Assembly (NCBI GenBank): GCA_010093995.1
Contig: ML992501.1
Coordinates: 2,545,320-2,609,319, forward strand
Reading direction: 5' to 3'
Source of the DNA: Elsinoe ampelina
Lineage: Eukaryota
DNA length: 64,000 nucleotides
Positions 61,013 to 64,000 of this stretch are shown piece by piece. The stretch's first letter is position 1. The number at the start of each line of letters is the position of its first letter. The notes under the pieces were generated by a model. That model did no database searches. It was given only the letters and a program-made list of their open reading frames with translations, and was not told the origin of the DNA. The position numbers and the translations under genes are program-made.

Positions 61013-62677
61013 TGTGCTGGGAGATTGTCAGTGTCTGGCTATAAGAAATGGTTCGTGATCAGTCCAGGGGGCTAGTCGCATACACGGCTGAAGGAATGCT
61101 TAGACAAGAGCAGACGGGAAAGGAGATCGAGGTGGTGTATGAAGAAGGAAGGGAAGAGGAAGGGTGTATGTCCAAGAGCAGGTCAGATGGAAATGTGCGT
61201 GTTATGCGAAGCCCATTGCTACCACAATAGTCTATTGATGACTATAGCGATGAATGGGCAGCGCTCTACACAATACCAATAATTTGCTGGTACATGATTT
61301 GCGCATTTGGCCATTGAAGCCGTGATTTTATGGTAGGTGTTGACTGATGGAGAGGTCCACTTACTGCTGGTATGATGCGGTGCTATAATGGTGATGTCCA
61401 ATGTGGTAGACGCGAGACGCGATGCTTCAACGCGGTGGAGGTGATGGCGGTAACGAAGATGCGCATGGCGGTCCAGATAGTCATGAGGAGATGGACAAGA
61501 TCCAGGACAAAGAGGGTGGATCGATTGTGTCTACAATTGTTGTTTGCGGCGCAATTGAAAATGTATCATTCCTATTGACATTGTTCACCTGACAATTGCA
61601 GCTTTTGCACGTTGTTTGCTCTGGTCGTGGAATGCTTCTGTAGCGTCAAGTCTAGCCGCATCTCGTCTAGCTGCGCGGGACGGCGCGAGTTCCTTCTGGC
61701 AAAAATGGCCGGCCGCCGGGTCTTTATCGGCCGTTAGTCAGCTTTGGCGTGGGTTCACTTGCTCGGTCTTCGCCTGCGCTTCGCCTCTGGTTTGCCTTGA
61801 CGGTTTGCTGAAGACTTGCCTTCCAGGGCTGCACGGTCGTCGTTTGCAGGTCGCAGCGGTTCGTACAGGTCTCACTTTGCGTAGCCCTTCTCAGGGCGTC
61901 TACCGAGTCCAATTTGCAACATCCACTAGTCGTTCGGTGTTTGCGAATTGTTCTAGTGATACAAGTGCGTCTCCTGTTCGCATAGACTGCACTCTAAAGG
62001 ATGCTGTACCATGCCTCCACAACGAAGATGCTTCGGCCGAGGACCAGATCATCTAGCATGTGCCTTGGCAGGACCATCGAGCCGCCAATCGCCCCTCATA
62101 TCTGGAGGTGATGGACACGGTAGAAGTGGACACTTGTGCTGCTCTGCGACCTGACCCACCAGACGATTCGACACGCGGCTTGTGCTCGATGCTCGATATT
62201 TTGTTTACACTGAATGAACAGTCCAATTTCACGTGCTCAGCACAATCAGTAGTACCCTGTCGGTGTTTGGCAGTAAACGGCCGCAAGCGCAATAAGAGCG
62301 ATAGACCAAAGGCGCAACAGTCGTCGGGAAGAAAAGGAGATTGTGCAGAGTCCATGCCCGGAACACCCCGCCGGCTCAAAAGCAAAAGCCAAAATCCTGT
62401 GACATGTATAGAAATGAAGATCCCTGTCTCAGCTTGTCGCTGTTGCAATTACCTGTCTCACTGCTGACGAGTCTAAACCAGACGCCAATCGTTGTTGGGT
62501 CCCGCCAACGAAATTTCACTAGACAAGGCCCTAGACATCTGCGAGAAGATCGTCTTCTCCTTTCTTGCAATCATACCAGTCCAACTCACTTCGGTCTTTC
62601 CTGCCTGGCCTTTCAATACCCTCTACCACGCCGTCAACTACTTTCGCAACCCGCGCAACATTGATCAAAACCTCAAG

Positions 62678-64000
<1,323 letters not shown>

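Noticed and set aside
61616..62664. Overlapping 100-146-aa ORFs between the SUN gene and GAL10
   Set aside because: Non-ATG starts, no recognisable motifs or convincing splice structure; likely intergenic/UTR

Overview
Gene-dense, intron-containing filamentous ascomycete DNA interrupted by two AT-rich, TpA-saturated blocks with a strong RIP signature (about 1.9-22.1 kb and 43.3-48.6 kb). Intact genes: DUF6314 protein, mitochondrial ATPase inhibitor, hexokinase, a hypothetical protein, PRP6, BLI-3, a BRCT protein, an AlkB/GRF-zinc-finger dioxygenase, a PNP_UDP-NACHT-ankyrin NLR, ESF1, the PP4 catalytic subunit, URB1/NPA1, an eIF4E-binding-motif protein, a PNP_UDP + degenerate patatin gene, a SUN-domain protein and a UDP-glucose 4-epimerase cut by the window end. 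Although the ORF track is nearly empty there, both RIP blocks resolve into bounded DNA transposons. Block 1 is a TA-flanked Tc1/IS630-like element (34-bp TIRs). Nested in it are a 16.56-kb Plavaka element and a 506-bp foldback MITE with the same CGTCAC termini. The Plavaka element carries relic genes for a SNF2-type helicase, a possible Ulp1-like protease and further unknown ORFs. Block 2 is a 5.65-kb TACGG..CCGTA element with an integrase-core (IS3EU-like) transposase plus two more relic ORFs. A phased array of 15-bp palindromes lies upstream of the DUF6314 gene. All de-RIP reconstructions were done by eye, assuming C>T/G>A reversals, and need computational confirmation.
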